A stretch of DNA of 62,314 nucleotides, counting the filler, from Dirinaria sp. TL-2023a (taxonomy: Eukaryota), in assembly GCA_051941275.1 (NCBI GenBank). It is 17 parts of 17 records of this genome, joined end to end, with 100 filler letters (N's around TTAATTAATTAA, not from the genome) between each part and the next. Parts side by side here need not be neighbours in the genome. Positions count along the whole stretch, not along the records: positions 22,128 to 25,706 come from JAVEBF010002014.1; positions 25,807 to 29,383 come from JAVEBF010002015.1; positions 29,484 to 33,055 come from JAVEBF010002016.1; positions 33,156 to 36,722 come from JAVEBF010002017.1; 13 more parts are not named here. One strand, given 5' to 3'. The stretch's first letter is position 1. The number at the start of each line of letters is the position of its first letter. Shown one piece after another: positions 22,128-35,560 of the stretch. The notes under the pieces are model-generated. The model was not told the DNA's origin. It did no database searches and was given only the letters and a program-made list of their open reading frames with translations. A program made the position numbers and the translations under genes.

Positions 22128-24292
22128 GAGGAGGAGGAGGAGAGGAGGAGGGAGTGGAAGTGGGTTGAGACGTGGATGAGGAGGGTTATTGCGTGGGTGC
22201 ACAGAGGAGGAGGATTTGGATTTTGGGAGGGGGAAGGGGGGAGATAGGATTTTTGGAACGAAGGCAGGATATGCCCCGCCTCGACGAGCTTGTAGAACAG
22301 ATCGTCGAAGCTGGCCGGGTCCGGGAGAAAAGTGTCCCCCTCGCTGACGGCGAGGGCGAGCGTGGCGAGGAACGGGTGCAGCAGCTGCGTTTGCGTTTCC
22401 GGCCCGTGCTGCGCTTGGATCTGGGCCGCGTAGCTGGTCAGGAACCGCAGCAGGGAGAGCAGCGTCTGCCAGAGCAGCGACCAATGGTAGCGCAGCCGGG
22501 TGCGGGTGCTGATCAGGTGCGTCAGGACGCGGTGCGTGAGGTTCAGGGTTGAGATGTAGAGCGCTGCGTCGAGCCGGAGGCGCAGGTTGTGCGTTAGGCT
22601 GTCGATGCACATGTCCAGGATCACTTCGATTGGAGTGCGGGGTTTGGGGTTTGAGGGGAGGAAGGGCGGGATTTGGCGGCTGAGGCGGACGGTGATGGGA
22701 GATTGAGGGGCCGAGAGATGCTTCGCGAGGCTGTTGTCTTCGAGAATGAGCCGCAGGGTCGAGAGGGAGAGTTGGGAGTAGAGTGAGCAGCGGGATGAGC
22801 GGTGCGCGTGGTGTAAGAGGTAGGATGTGTAGGAGAGGAAGGAGGAGATTGGGGCTTCTTGGCCTTTCGCGGATGCTAGTAGGGAGAGCAGAGTGCTTAT
22901 GAAGAGCGTATTGGCGTTTGCAAATTCGTAGGCTGAGAGCAAAATGGAGGCCTCGGGGCCAGGGCTGGAAACGCATCAGCGGGTGTATTTGGAGGGTATC
23001 AAGAAACTATACAGAGGTGTGAATGCTTCCTTAGCTACATCGTCATTAATTGATGTTGTCTGGGTTCTGCTGGGGGCTAGCGCCCCAAGACCGATATATG
23101 AGAGAGTAGTGGCAAGTGTCCAGCCCTGGTCAACATCGTCTTGGACGGCTACGTATCGATCCCTGGCAAGTGAACAGGTGCTGCCAAAGCCGTAAACGAC
23201 TTTTTGAATCGCAGACTCGTTGACAAAATCTCCCAATCGCAATCTGTAGGGGTTTCGAAATTCGAACTTGTTGTAATTTGCTAGGAGGCCGAGGAGCAGG
23301 AACGGCTTAAATACGGCCGGATTTGTAGGTGTCTCTTGCATGTGCTGTAATTTGTGAGTATAGATCTCTTCGATTTATGGTTGCAGGTGTGCAAGAGCTT
23401 GAAAAGTGCGAAGATTCCCTACAACAAATTATAGATATAGAAAAGGATAGGGCCATTAAGAGCATGGATCTATAACTAAAATAGGAACTTCCGAAAGCAA
23501 TGAAGGAGAATTTTTACCTTCATCAAAGCTGGAAAGAGATCCTTGTGTGTGAGGTAGGAGACCAAACTTGTCTGATAGGCTCCTGACACAAGAGACAATG
23601 CCACCTCTGTAGCTTTCTCACGGATTTCAACTGGAATCGTACATGAGTGAAATTCCAGCTTGGCAGGTTAGGTATTCAGCTTACATGATCTGCCATTTCT
23701 CAGAATGCCCTCGATTGCATTTGCAAAGTCGAAGAATATAGCATCCACCTCATCGAGGCCAGCAAGTACCGCTATGATATCCGAACTCGGATTGGTGTAT
23801 CTCTTGGCTAGCACAGCACCTAAGAAGACTGTCAAAGTCTGAACCGGTAAGTTGCAAATACAGATACAAGAAAGACATAGCTATTGGCCTACATCAAGGG
23901 CATTTTCATCCAGAGGGGCTTTGGCCGCCTTGATCTGTCCCACCGATCGGGCAAATAGCTGCTGTGATTCATGCTGCATTCGGAATAGATCAGTCACTCA
24001 ATCCCTTGATCGGTTTACTCTCGCGCTAGTACCTGGAAGTGGAGTAAATCGTCGGCCTGGAGCCGGTCAAGCCGGTGCTGAAGACTGGCACGGTCTGGCT
24101 TTAGAAGGAAAAACTCCAGCCAGAAACCTTCTGTATCGACCTGCGTTTCTGCGTCTGCCTGCAGCTAATCTCAGTAATAGTTCGGATTTAAAACAGAACC
24201 CGGCCTACTCGAAACAAGTCATCATAAAGATGCGCAATTTTCGGCTGGAAAGAGCTCGGCCGAGCCTGCTGTGTAAGTGGAGAGGCCTCCAT
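22128..24292 (-). CDS. ARMH3/C10orf76-like DUF1741 protein, multi-exon, 3'-truncated
   Basis: Start MEASPLTQQARPELFQPKIAHLY; motifs LLGLLANYNKFEFRNPYRLRLGDFVNE, FLSYTSYLLHHAHRS, LTHNLRLRLD, RLRYHWSLLWQTLLSLLRFL, FDDLFYKLVE. Several short GT-AG introns. Confidence 0.85.
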
Positions 24293-24976
24293 CTCCACAC
24301 CAAGCCTTTGTATGGGTTTGAAATCTTGATTGCGCCTTCAGAAATGTGGCACCTCAGGCGCACTCAGAGCTGCATAACTAAAAGATCATTCTCTGCTGAC
24401 CAGTGGACCTTGCTAGCTAAGAATACTGGTCTACGAAAGACCTATGATAATGTTTGTAGGGTCCCAAGTCGGCTGATTCATGCCTTATCTCACTCATAGA
24501 CGGTTGTATCTGGAATCATACGTTGCAGAAGCTGACTCAGCGATGTTCATCTATGGGCAGACATTTGGCCTCATAGATTTAGTGTTCTAAAGCGTGAGTT
24601 GAGAAGCACGGATGGACTTTGGAGTAATTCTTTGTTTTTCCTAGTCATGTTCTCTCCCACAACTTGTGTCATTTGGTGTCTTTTTACCAGTATCGTATGA
24701 CTTGTCCTTTATTAAAGATAGATTTACAGCATTACGATCAGCTTGCCAATGATTGGTCTGCAGGCACGACGGCCCGAGATTTCCTAGACCAATTATGATC
24801 AAAGCATGACATCGAGTGGTTTCTATTTTGTCAGCTACTAAAATCACTCGAGTCTCCTCAGAACACAGTTTTTCCTACTACCATGTTACTGCAATTCCTG
24901 ACTTGAGCGATGTTCTGCTGCTAATCCTGGAGAGAATCTATGCTGACCATCCAATCCTAAAACCGACATCCCCAAG

Positions 24977-25682
24977 ATGTCTCTCCAACGCTGCGCTCTC
25001 TCCCCGCCAACCTTCAGATTCGCCTCCTCTACCCTGCCACCAGCTGTCTTCCACCTGCCCCGAGCATTCCACACCTTTAACCGTCTCCACCGCGCATCAA
25101 AAAGGGAACTGCAAACCGCGACCGCCTATCAACCTCACTCACTAGACACCATCCCGCCGCCGCCGCCGCGCAATGCCGGAATCCCAGATACTTCAATCGC
25201 GGGCACTGTGCCCAAAGTCCACGAAACTCGGCCGCCGCCAGCTCCCGCTGCGCAAGCCGAGAACCAAGAACCCGTCGTCAGCATCCCCGAAGGCGAGGCC
25301 CAGAAGCCTCAACCTCTCGCTGCTGCTGCTGCTCCTCCAACCGCCGCCCCACAGGAAAAACAAGCCAGCAACAAGAGACCGAAACTCCGGCCGCGCAAAG
25401 CAGCCATGCACCTCACGCCCTCGGCGATCCGGCAACTGCGCACCTTGCTCGCGCAGCCGGACCCGAAAATGATACGGGTCGGGGTCAAAAACCGGGGCTG
25501 CTCGGGATTGGCGTATCACTTGGAGTATGTGGAGAAGGCGGGGATGTTTGACGAGGCGGTGGAGCAGGACGGGGTCAAGGTATTGGTGGACAGTAAAGCG
25601 CTGTTTAGTATTATCGGGAGCGAGATGGATTGGGTGGAGGATAAATTGAATCAGAGGTTTGTGTTTCGGAATCCGAATATAA
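24977..25682 (+). CDS. ISA1: Mitochondrial iron-sulfur cluster assembly A-type protein, last exon missing
   Basis: LRPRKAAMHLTPSA, IRVGVKNRGCSGLAYHLEYV, DSKALFSIIGSEMDW, FVFRNPNI, followed by donor GTACGT at 25683. Confidence 0.95.
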
Positions 25683-26399
25683 GTACGTGTCTTTTATCCC
25701 CCCCCCNNNNNNNNNNNNNNNNNNNNNNNNNNNNNNNNNNNNNNNNNNNNTTAATTAATTAANNNNNNNNNNNNNNNNNNNNNNNNNNNNNNNNNNNNNN
25801 NNNNNNGGGTTTTTGGAGGTGGATGGTGGGTAGTAGAATAAGGGTTAATGGTCTTGCGCGCTTTTGATGGAAGTGGTGCTGGAATTACTCGTCCAAAGTC
25901 TTATATTAAGATGTGTTGAGACGAGGTCCATGTACGTAGGGAAGCATGTGATCGGAGTTTCCTCGGCGTACAGGTTTTGCTTCTTTAGGCTTAGTACCGG
26001 CTGAACCGCGCGTGTTTTTTCGCGGGTCAGACATGATCGCTTGATGCTGTTATTGATATCTTCGAGCGTCTAAGAAGGCGAAAAGTATGCTAGAAGACTG
26101 TAAGTACAACATACATAGGACCATCTGCTAATTCTAGAACAACTAGACATAGACGGTGAAAATTCGCCGGTTTCATAAATTGAGCGGGTCACGACTTGTC
26201 AACGGCTAAGGGTACTGTTTGGCCCCTATACACTACTTGCTTATATATATCGTCGACTACAGTCCTAGCACGTCTGATTCTTAGATTCGGTGCTATTCTC
26301 ACGACACTCCAGCAGCTGTACTGCCAGACAAATGACTTCTCCTTATTTTGCCTAAAAGTAACTTTCTCTGCTAGCATTCTTAGAAATCAGGTGTGTCCA

Positions 26400-29383
26400 T
26401 GATACCTTCATCTATCGCCATGATGCGCTGCTACGGTTTGTCTCAGACAATATCTAAGCAGTGGTTGCTGACCGAGAGCTCCAAAGTCCAATGAAACGCT
26501 CTAGAAGAAACAGAGCGATAATTGACATGAAGCGATTGAGTCGCCAACAGTTGCTAAAGAGCGTTTAATCCATCTTCAGAGCTTGAGTTAGCAGTTCGTG
26601 GCATCGACTCTACACTTCGGTAAAGTTCATTTCATCAGACGTGGGTTGATGAGAAGGAGGAGGATTCGAATGACGAAGTCCATGCTGACTTCGAATATTT
26701 TACATATTGCGAATTGTCCAACAAAATTTCCGCCAAGCGTTCCGTAAGTCTCTGCCGCAAGAATGCACTTGCAATCTAAAGTGCACACGAGAAATAGCGT
26801 CGAGGCAATGTATTTGCCGGTGTGTTCCTGAAACAGAAACAAAGGAGCTTAGAAGAGACCTTACGATTGCTCCCACAAAGAGATACATCTCGCGAACTCC
26901 TCGTCTGAAGTATATCAAAAACACCGCTCCATGCACTGGGAAGTCTTAAACGAATGTACATTGTATGACTTGATAGATGTCTCCCAATATATCAGAAATA
27001 GAAAGGAAGTCCGAGTACGAAATTTGTGTGGTCCTGGCTCTTTCATCCACGCAAAACTTGTATTCTTTGACGCGAGAAATGCGAGTCTGTATCAAAATTT
27101 TCTTCAAGAAGTAATATACCTCCGTCAGAAATAGTGCTCGAGTGTGCATGTTGTCTCGAAATCGCGAAACGTAAGCGCCATTCTTTTATGTCAGGATTCG
27201 CTTTTTTGATTTCTTTTCAGCTGCTCGTGAGTTTTGAGTCGTATATTTTAAGCAAGCGTCCCTGTATTCTTCGACTCTTGATCCTAACAGTGTGATATAG
27301 ATCAGAACCGAGCAAACTCGATTTTGTTGCATGACTGATTTTGATCGCTTCGTGTATGCTTTTCGCTCCAAATCTCACATCGCCTGAAAAATTGATAGAA
27401 AGAAGATAACAAATGACATCAAAGCGTGGAGAGAAGAACGCTTCAAAGTTTTACTTTTCTCCAATTTCCGTCATCTCGCAGAGACTAATTAAAGATCACA
27501 GTAGATGTCTGACAACATCAATGGCCCAAAACGAAGAATACGAACGAGATATTCACTCAGCTAAGATTTCCTCGGATCAAGATCATATCTTCAACTCTCT
27601 CAAGAATACAAACTCAGAGCGTCAATGATACTCAATGTTACAAAATAAGAGTCAAAGAGTTGCTGCGATATTCAGTAGTATTTTTGTTCCGTCATGAGAA
27701 GGTCAAATCCAGCGATGATGAATCGTTAAAAATATTGTGCCAGAGAATTAAAAACTTCAATCAAGTCATGCAAAGCATCGCGAAGTGCATTTCCGCCAGG
27801 GCTTAATCTTTTGACAAAACGCTAAGTGTTATCGTCCTGTCAACCAATCACTAGAATCTCGTTTCAACGATCTTGTCGTATAGCTTTCTGAGACTCTCTT
27901 AAGTATCATCTTTACTCTGCAAAGTCTCCAGCGCAGAAGATACCTTATCAAACGCCCGCAATCCCGGAAGGACAGAACAGAAGATGCGAAAAATCTTGCT
28001 ATCGATTAACTGCAATTGTCGAATACATTAGGACTAACACAATGACCTTTATCTTTTCCTCAGGGGCGATAGATTTAAGACCATCTATTTCCCTCAGCTC
28101 CAACTTCTATCTTAAAAATGTTCGCGCTTTAGACGATTTATTGTTCTCTGCACGAAATTTATATTTCTTTAAAATAAAACAAATCATCATCGATCAGAGA
28201 CACATCCGCCGCACTCATATCTTCATGTCATTCTGTCGCGCCGGCGAATCATCTGTCCTAGTCGACTTCGAAACAATTATTCATCTCATTCTCGTTAAAT
28301 CGAATTACCCTGTTGCAAGTTTCTAATCCTGCTCTCCCTGTGTAGTTCTTCTCGTGTAGCCATTCTCTCCAAAATGCAATTGCTTGGAATACTATTTGAT
28401 CTTGAAAGAAAAATCGATCGTCTCGTTCATCGATCGTAGAGACAGCGTTTTAAAGTGGCGATTCGCAAGACTGGATTTTAATTCGAGTCAAAAAATAGAT
28501 TTCAAATTTCTTGAATAGTCTGGTTCTTTGGAGATCTGTTTCTGTATCAGAATTAGATAATACGCGGCAGAGACCTCGTAGCAAAGTTTGAAAAGGCTTT
28601 CGTGATCTCTTTTTTTCTTGTCGATTATATTTGGCGAATTATATCTATAACCCATGTCAAATCATCATACTAGAACATTTATGGCATGATTCAACATTCG
28701 ATACTTTGTACCCGTTTCGATATCAGAGTATTGTTATCGGACATGAATAAAAATCGTATGCAAATGACGACTATCAATTGTGTACATCTCGTTCTCAGTC
28801 TCGAATGCGGAGTAAACAGTGGCGTTCGATCATTTTCAGCTCTTGAATTCTTTTATCGTCAGATTTTGAAGCTGGAAAGTCCTGCTTTTTTGCTCATTAT
28901 ATCCCCGAAAACAGAGTCTCTCAAATCAAAATTCTGCTTTATGATACACAGTCATATACTGTAGATACTCCTCGAACAGTCAAAGAAAAAGTATGCAAAG
29001 ACTCAGCGAAAAACTGACGCAAAAGAATCCAAAAGAAAAATCATTACAATCTCATTTCTAAGCTCGCTCCAAATAATAAAATAGCACTGATCAGTTTCAA
29101 AACGTCCGACGAGTAACGAGAGATAACTCGTCACTTTACTAATCAACTCATTCTCTTTCTCTAATTCTTCAAACCGGATCACTACAAAGCATACATTTGA
29201 GATACCGAATCTTTATCTCTTGTCTTCAACTTGTTTATCTGTATCTCTTAATATTCAATATCATTCTCATTATCTTCTAAACCTGTGAGCAATATAACTT
29301 GTAAAAAACTTCTAAATACTCTCATGTGTGTATAAATGTGATTCTTCGCGCTTGATGCAGCGAAAAACTGTTGTAGCGTAAGT
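26400..29383. pseudogene. AT-enriched, hypermutated coding remnants of undetermined family
   Basis: Long protein-like frames punctuated by TGA/TAA/TAG (minus ~28980-28060: LFEEYLQYMTVYHKAEF*FERLCF...; plus ~26630-27130). CC/GG dinucleotides are visibly scarce. Confidence 0.5.
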
Positions 29384-29483
29384 NNNNNNNNNNNNNNNNN
29401 NNNNNNNNNNNNNNNNNNNNNNNNNNNTTAATTAATTAANNNNNNNNNNNNNNNNNNNNNNNNNNNNNNNNNNNNNNNNNNNN

Positions 29484-31092
29484 CAATAGCGTTGCAAGTT
29501 CTTCGGCAGACAGATTGTCAAGTAGAAGGACCACACTGCCCACCACCTGCCGTAGACGTATGATGACTTCTTGTGCTTCCTGATCGGAGAAGTCATCTCT
29601 CATTGAGCTGACAAGAACCATTAAGTACATCGCATCAAGTGAGTCTGTCGATTTGTGCTTTGCGACACTTTCTTGACAGACTTGCTCGAGCCGCGCAGAT
29701 GCCGAGACTTGCCGCGGACCGTTGACATATCGACATACAGTAGCAGCGTAGATGAAGAGACCGTCTGCACGACTTGTGATATCTTGAATCTTGTCTGCTC
29801 CAGGCCATGAGTCAGGCAAAGATCTTTCGGTCTTGATTTGCAATAATTCATGAGTGACGAATCTTTTAATATCTTGATCTACAATGGCGCGCGGTACATC
29901 ATGTAGAGCTAATGCAAAATACGCAATGTGCTTCATTTTATTAAATCCTAGGCGGACCGGAATTTCTGGTCGACTGGTCACCAGTACGCGAAGGCCGAGA
30001 CCTATGAGATTTTGAGTGTCACCGAGCAAATGTAGGAGCAGGCGAATGTCGTCGAGGTCGTCACATTCATCTAAAGCATCTAGCACCACGACGAACGAAA
30101 GTGAATGCGATACGCTCCGTCGAGTCCGTTGAAGAGGACGAAGAAGTAATTTGTCGTATTGCTGAGAAAGTGATGCGGAGTCGGCAAGGCCAGGATCTTC
30201 TCGCAGAGCATCGCAGACGAGACTGCCAAAACGAGGTGATCGGATCGCCAGTTGGAAAACAACAGTGGTGATCACCTTTCGTGAGCGAGCTAGGTCACCA
30301 GCACCACGCTTGAAAAAGAAGCTTGCCAGTGAAGCACCTTGTTTGTCAAGTGCTTGAGCTATGGTCAGTGCGATCGTAGACTTGCCTGTACCTGCTCGAC
30401 CTTGAAGCCAAAAGATGTATTGACTAGAGTCACAGATCGCCCAGTCTGTGATCTGTTGTAGAAGGCCAACCCGTGTATTAATGAGACACGACCGATGTCG
30501 TTGATTTTCGTAGGAGTTGTATGCCGCATCTCCGATGCGTGAGATCGATTTCAACAGCTCGTCGTCTCGACCTTGGTCGATTTTGCGATCAATAGTCTTG
30601 GAGATATCGCTAGAAATCATATATCAGTCATGCGAATAGACATAACTTATGAATAGACGAATACTTATTATCGAGCTGTAGAGCAGTATTGAAAATGACT
30701 AGATAGCCTTCCATCAACCTCACCTCTTCATTCACTGAAGATTTCGATAACGGCCACTTGAGCGCTCTTAAGCCGATCCTGCTCATGGTTTTGTGTCCCG
30801 TCTTGGGCTGAAGCTTCTCCTGCAATTTCTTAAGGTCTTGTAAGCACCGATCGACAGATTTCCGCACATTATCAGATAGAATTGAAGGCTGTGGCTTTGT
30901 TTCATCGTCCACTTCAACCATTCTTTGAAGCCTTTGAAGCACATCGCTCAAGGTCATCGCCTTTTGTTGCAGTCGCTCAATGTCCTTACGAGCATCCTTC
31001 ACATCGGCGATGTAGCCGCCACACAATTTCGCTACCGAGCCAGCGACTTGGACCACAGCAATAATGCTGCTCACAGATCCTAGAGCCTCCAT
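29484..31092 (-). CDS. Fungal NLR-like STAND protein: N-terminal helical (HeLo-like/SesA-type) domain plus NACHT, 3'-truncated
   Basis: N-terminus MEALGSVSSIIAVVQVAGSVAKLC..Y...VKDA..DI.RL and ALKWPLSK. Intron at 30610-30664. CLINTRVGLLQQITDW, Walker A GRAGTGKST, ASFFFKRG, Walker B VVVLDALDEC, VLVTSRPE, ADGLFIYAATVCRYV. Confidence 0.92.
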
Positions 31093-33155
31093 GAGTATGA
31101 TAATACCCAAATGATGGGGAGAGGAATAAATCTGGCCTGGTCTATATCCATCTTCAGCCTCAGCTAGTGGGGTGGGAGTGGCTTAGTCGTATGCCAAGCA
31201 ACCGAAATTGTGGTGGCGTAGCTGGCAAGGCTAAAGAAAGAACGCATTCGATTTGTTGAACAACTCTATCTACATTACAAGCCAATACCGTTGTATCATC
31301 GTGTTTTGATCCCAAGCCTTATATTGAATACTGCCGCACAAGACTATATTTCTTCAATCCAAAAATTTCGACTTCATGCCTGTGATGTTTCAATCCTTCT
31401 ATACGTAATATGTCTGTCCATCAGTCGAAGGCTTTTGGGACTTCTTTGATATCGCGCTTCCACTGTATTCCAACCTTCTTGTCTTGAGTGTTGATTATAG
31501 CACTGCCTACTTCAATTGAACGGATTGACAGTCTGACTAGCTTCTCTTTATTTTGCTCAAACAGGCAGTCGTTCGTATCGAAGACAACGACACGGTCAGC
31601 GAGAGTCATTACCTTTAATGATTGATGTATGCCAAACCAGTATTTTGATCGACACTGATGGCGTTCGATTTGCTTAGTGTGTTGTCAAAAGATCGAAGAT
31701 ATGCGTTCAGCGTAATGTCAGTGAGTTTTCCTGTGAGCACAGTGGACATCAGCATCACGCTGAAGGAACAATGGAACCGGCAATGAACAGATTGGATCCT
31801 TTCTTATTCGAAGTATAATTTTAAACTTGCATCTACTCAGCCAAACCATGCCATTTGGATATCATACAAAGCTCTTTCCATCCGGAGCTATGGAAAGACT
31901 ACAAGGACTCCCAGCCCCTAGTAAGAACAAGCTCTTCTTCTCTTTATTCTTTGCTGAGCTGAAAGAGGCGTTGGAAGCAGTGAACGTTGCAAAATCATAA
32001 AATCTACATAATGAAGCGAGTGCGGTCTACAACCTCTTTCGACCGTATCAGGCAGTTGGTTTGGAGGACGATTTCTATGACAAGGCTTGAGTGCTAGCAC
32101 TGAATAGCAGTGACGAGATGTGGAGACTTCTCGTCACTGGGTTTTCAAAGTGGGCATGAATGCAGCATCTACTACTTCAAAGTTCTGAGACGTTGGGCAG
32201 TTGAAAACCCGAGAGACTTTGAGATCTCGAATGCAAGAGCTTCGATGAGAAATGTCGTGAACTGAATGCAGGGTGTATTGTTCAAAGACTTATCTGCTAA
32301 AGTGAACATTTATGATAACAGGCCTGAACTAGAAGATGCTAGCATGTCTCTGATTTCGGATTGCTCTTTTGTCGATGAAACGCAGTCTGTTCAGAAAGAG
32401 GTTCTCAAAATGGAATTTGAATCTGTGCATGAATTCACTGAATCGGCGCACGATGATGCTTTAATAACAAGTCAAGCGTCGAGATTCTCCCATTTCATAA
32501 ACGAGAAGAAGGGAGTTAGGTCTAACAAGTGCCAATAGAGCTTTCCTTGACGGCGCGACGCCGAGCCAAAGTCATCACTCTGCATGGAAATAGCTATACT
32601 CTATATGCGTGGGCAATGTTCAGCGCAGACAGTAATTTGAATCTTCGCTAGGCAATTCACAATGCATAAATCCGAGAGCGTACTCGATGGTTTTACTATC
32701 GGGCAGTTAACATACAATAAATTATTTATTCTGGCTTGCTAGCTGTCTCGGCGTTTAGATTGCATAAGAAAGTAGCATCCTGAGAACATTAATTATAAGC
32801 TCACTAAATATGTTCTTCGGGAATCTCCGATAATGAACTCTCGGAGCGCGGTCCAAGTCGGGACTTCTTGCATACTTGTGACCTATGCTGACCGTCGAGG
32901 GCCAGTCTCTTCAGACCGACACTCGGGATACAACTCTTGCAAGATCGGTTTTGCAAGTCCCTGTGAAAAGTCGTCTCAAAAGGAGCATCAAGATGTTGAT
33001 GATTTTCAAATCATCGCATTGTCTGAGAGAAAGCACTAATCTTTCTTCGCTCTTGNNNNNNNNNNNNNNNNNNNNNNNNNNNNNNNNNNNNNNNNNNNNT
33101 TAATTAATTAANNNNNNNNNNNNNNNNNNNNNNNNNNNNNNNNNNNNNNNNNNNN

Positions 33156-33520
33156 GACCATGAGTGGGTTGATAGCACTGGCCAAAGCGAGGTTTGGATG
33201 AAATGGAGTCGAAGAATAGGGCTGCAGAATGCTCATACATTTCCGTTGACAATTGATGATGACTATGAAAGCTACGTCGTCTTTCGTCAACGGACATGAT
33301 CTTGCATGTGAAGTGTTGACCACATCTCCCTTTCGGCACTCGAATCACGGCAGCATGGTGGCGACTACGTTGGGAAATTCCAATCACTCAACTCCCTAAA
33401 GTGCCTTGGACTGCTGAGAGAATGGTCAAATAAGGGTTTGAAAAATGCTCTGAATGTTGATATGCGTGGCCATTGAACGCAATTTGTTCCGTACCTTATT
33501 GAATCGCCCCCACCATCCCC
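33156..33520 (+). repeat. Diverged second copy of 58285-58669 (gene end plus 3' region)
   Basis: Identical 46-nt coding end (…MSGLIALAKARFG*), then collinear sequence with scattered substitutions and indels. Confidence 0.95.
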
Positions 33521-34596
33521 TCTGACTCTGGTACTTAAGAGGAAATTTTGCGAACGACGCGAGAGAGGCGGTTGCCTAGTTGAACTTGGCCATGCTAAAG
33601 CAGCGACAGGAGTTGAAACGCGTTTGCTTTCACATGAATCCTTGCGCCGGCGATTGGCGCACATCGCCCCACTTGTGATTCTCGCTTAGCTCATCATTGG
33701 CTGGTGTCGAGCGCTAAGCGGCATGCGTCGAGGCTAGGCATCCGGAGTGATGTTAGTGCCGATGAGAGAATTAGAGAGGCTTTAGAGCAGCCAGTCACAG
33801 CCTCAGCAGAGTCAGCACTTCGACAGCCTACTTAAAGAGCTCATCCCCCCGCCGTCGCTTCCTTGAGAGAGTCTTGGCACTCGGCAGATTTGACACGCAC
33901 CCGTCGATTCTCCCTCCCCTTCCTCCTCTCTCTCCTTACCTACACATCAACCTCCCCTTTCTCACCCCCTTAACCCAACCATCGAGATCATCACATCCAC
34001 CACCCCTCAGTAGTGGATCTCTTACATTCCTCTTTTCTGCTAGTATTTTCCTAATTAATACTTGAAAGACGCAACCCTCACTGTGTGTGCGCTTTCCATT
34101 CTCTACCACCAACATCCCAGAATCCCACCTTCCGATTTGATCTTAGCGACTTCTTTGGTGTGACCTCACATCATCCTCACCTTCAAATCCACTCCAAATC
34201 AACTCCAGTCGACACTCCGTCACATCAACAGCACAACACTCATCAGTGGGTCAACTGGGCTGCATCTGGTATCGCGCCCTACCTTGTCCGTGCGATTTAG
34301 TGTTGCGCGACAATCAGACTCAGTGTTGATCGCGCAGCGGCTGTAGGGGAGGCATTCGGTTGTTTATCTCCCACATACGGTACGAACATTACTTACCCTG
34401 GTCGAACCTCGAACCTCGCAGCTTCACCTCGCTCTTTGCGACAAGCCTCGATCTCACCATCGAACTTGGATCCGCGAGATTTAGTCATTTGCCATCTTCG
34501 ACCCAGATTCTAACAGAGCCTTCCTAGACTGCCGACTTCCAAATCAACTCGCCTTCACCTGCTAGCGAACCTGGTCGACATCTGGTGATCTTGACC

Positions 34597-35560
34597 ATGG
34601 ATACTGCCCTTACTACCCACCCCTCCACCGCAACTCAGGCAAATGCCTTCATCTCGCCTGCCAGCTTGTCGTTCCCAGGTGGAGCTGGAGACTTGACGCC
34701 CCCTTCTGAAAAAGATGGAAATACCCAGGCAACTGGACAGGCAAACGGCGCGAGTGCGTACACCAGCGGACAGCAGCCTAATGGAGGGAATGTTGCCAAC
34801 GGCAACGGGGTGACTCCCACAACCCCTGCTGCGACCCCAGGTGCTGGAGCGGGTGTGAGTGGGATTGTCCCAACCTTGCAGTGAGTAGGCTCCTTGCTGC
34901 CTCATCTAATTCATGAGGCTTAATGGCACACTCTTCAAAGGAACATCGTCTCCACGATCAACCTGGCGTGTCGCTTGGACTTGAAGACGATTGCGCTTCA
35001 TGCGAGGAATGCTGAATACAATCCCAAGGTACTGCTGACAAACCATGCCAAAGTTCTGACTTTGTGCTAAACAATTTTCCAGCGTTTCGCGGCCGTTATC
35101 ATGCGTATCCGCGAACCAAAGACCACAGCGTTGATCTTCGCTTCCGGCAAGATGGTGGTCACTGGCGCAAAATCGGAGGACGACTCCAAGCTGGCGTCGC
35201 GTAAATACGCTCGGATTATTCAGAAGCTTGGGTTCAACGCCAAGTTCACGGATTTCAAGATCCAGAATATCGTTGGCTCTTGCGACATCAAGTTCCCCAT
35301 CCGCCTTGAAGGCCTGGCTAGCCGTCATCACAATTTCAGCTCTTACGAGCCCGAGCTGTTCCCGGGTCTCATCTATCGCATGATGAAGCCCAAGATTGTC
35401 CTGCTGATCTTTGTCAGCGGCAAGATTGTTTTGACTGGGGCCAAGGTGCGGGAGGAAATCTATCAGGCATTCGAGTTGATCTACCCTGTGCTTGCCGGTA
35501 TGTTCTTTGTGAGCCATGATATGCGCTTAGCTGACACCTTCAGACTTCCGAAAAGTCTGA
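34597..35560 (+). CDS. SPT15: TATA-binding protein (4 exons)
   Basis: Exons 34597-34880, 34941-35028, 35083-35497 and 35544-35560 give [57 protein letters not shown]...[13 protein letters not shown]...DFRKV*. Confidence 0.98.
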
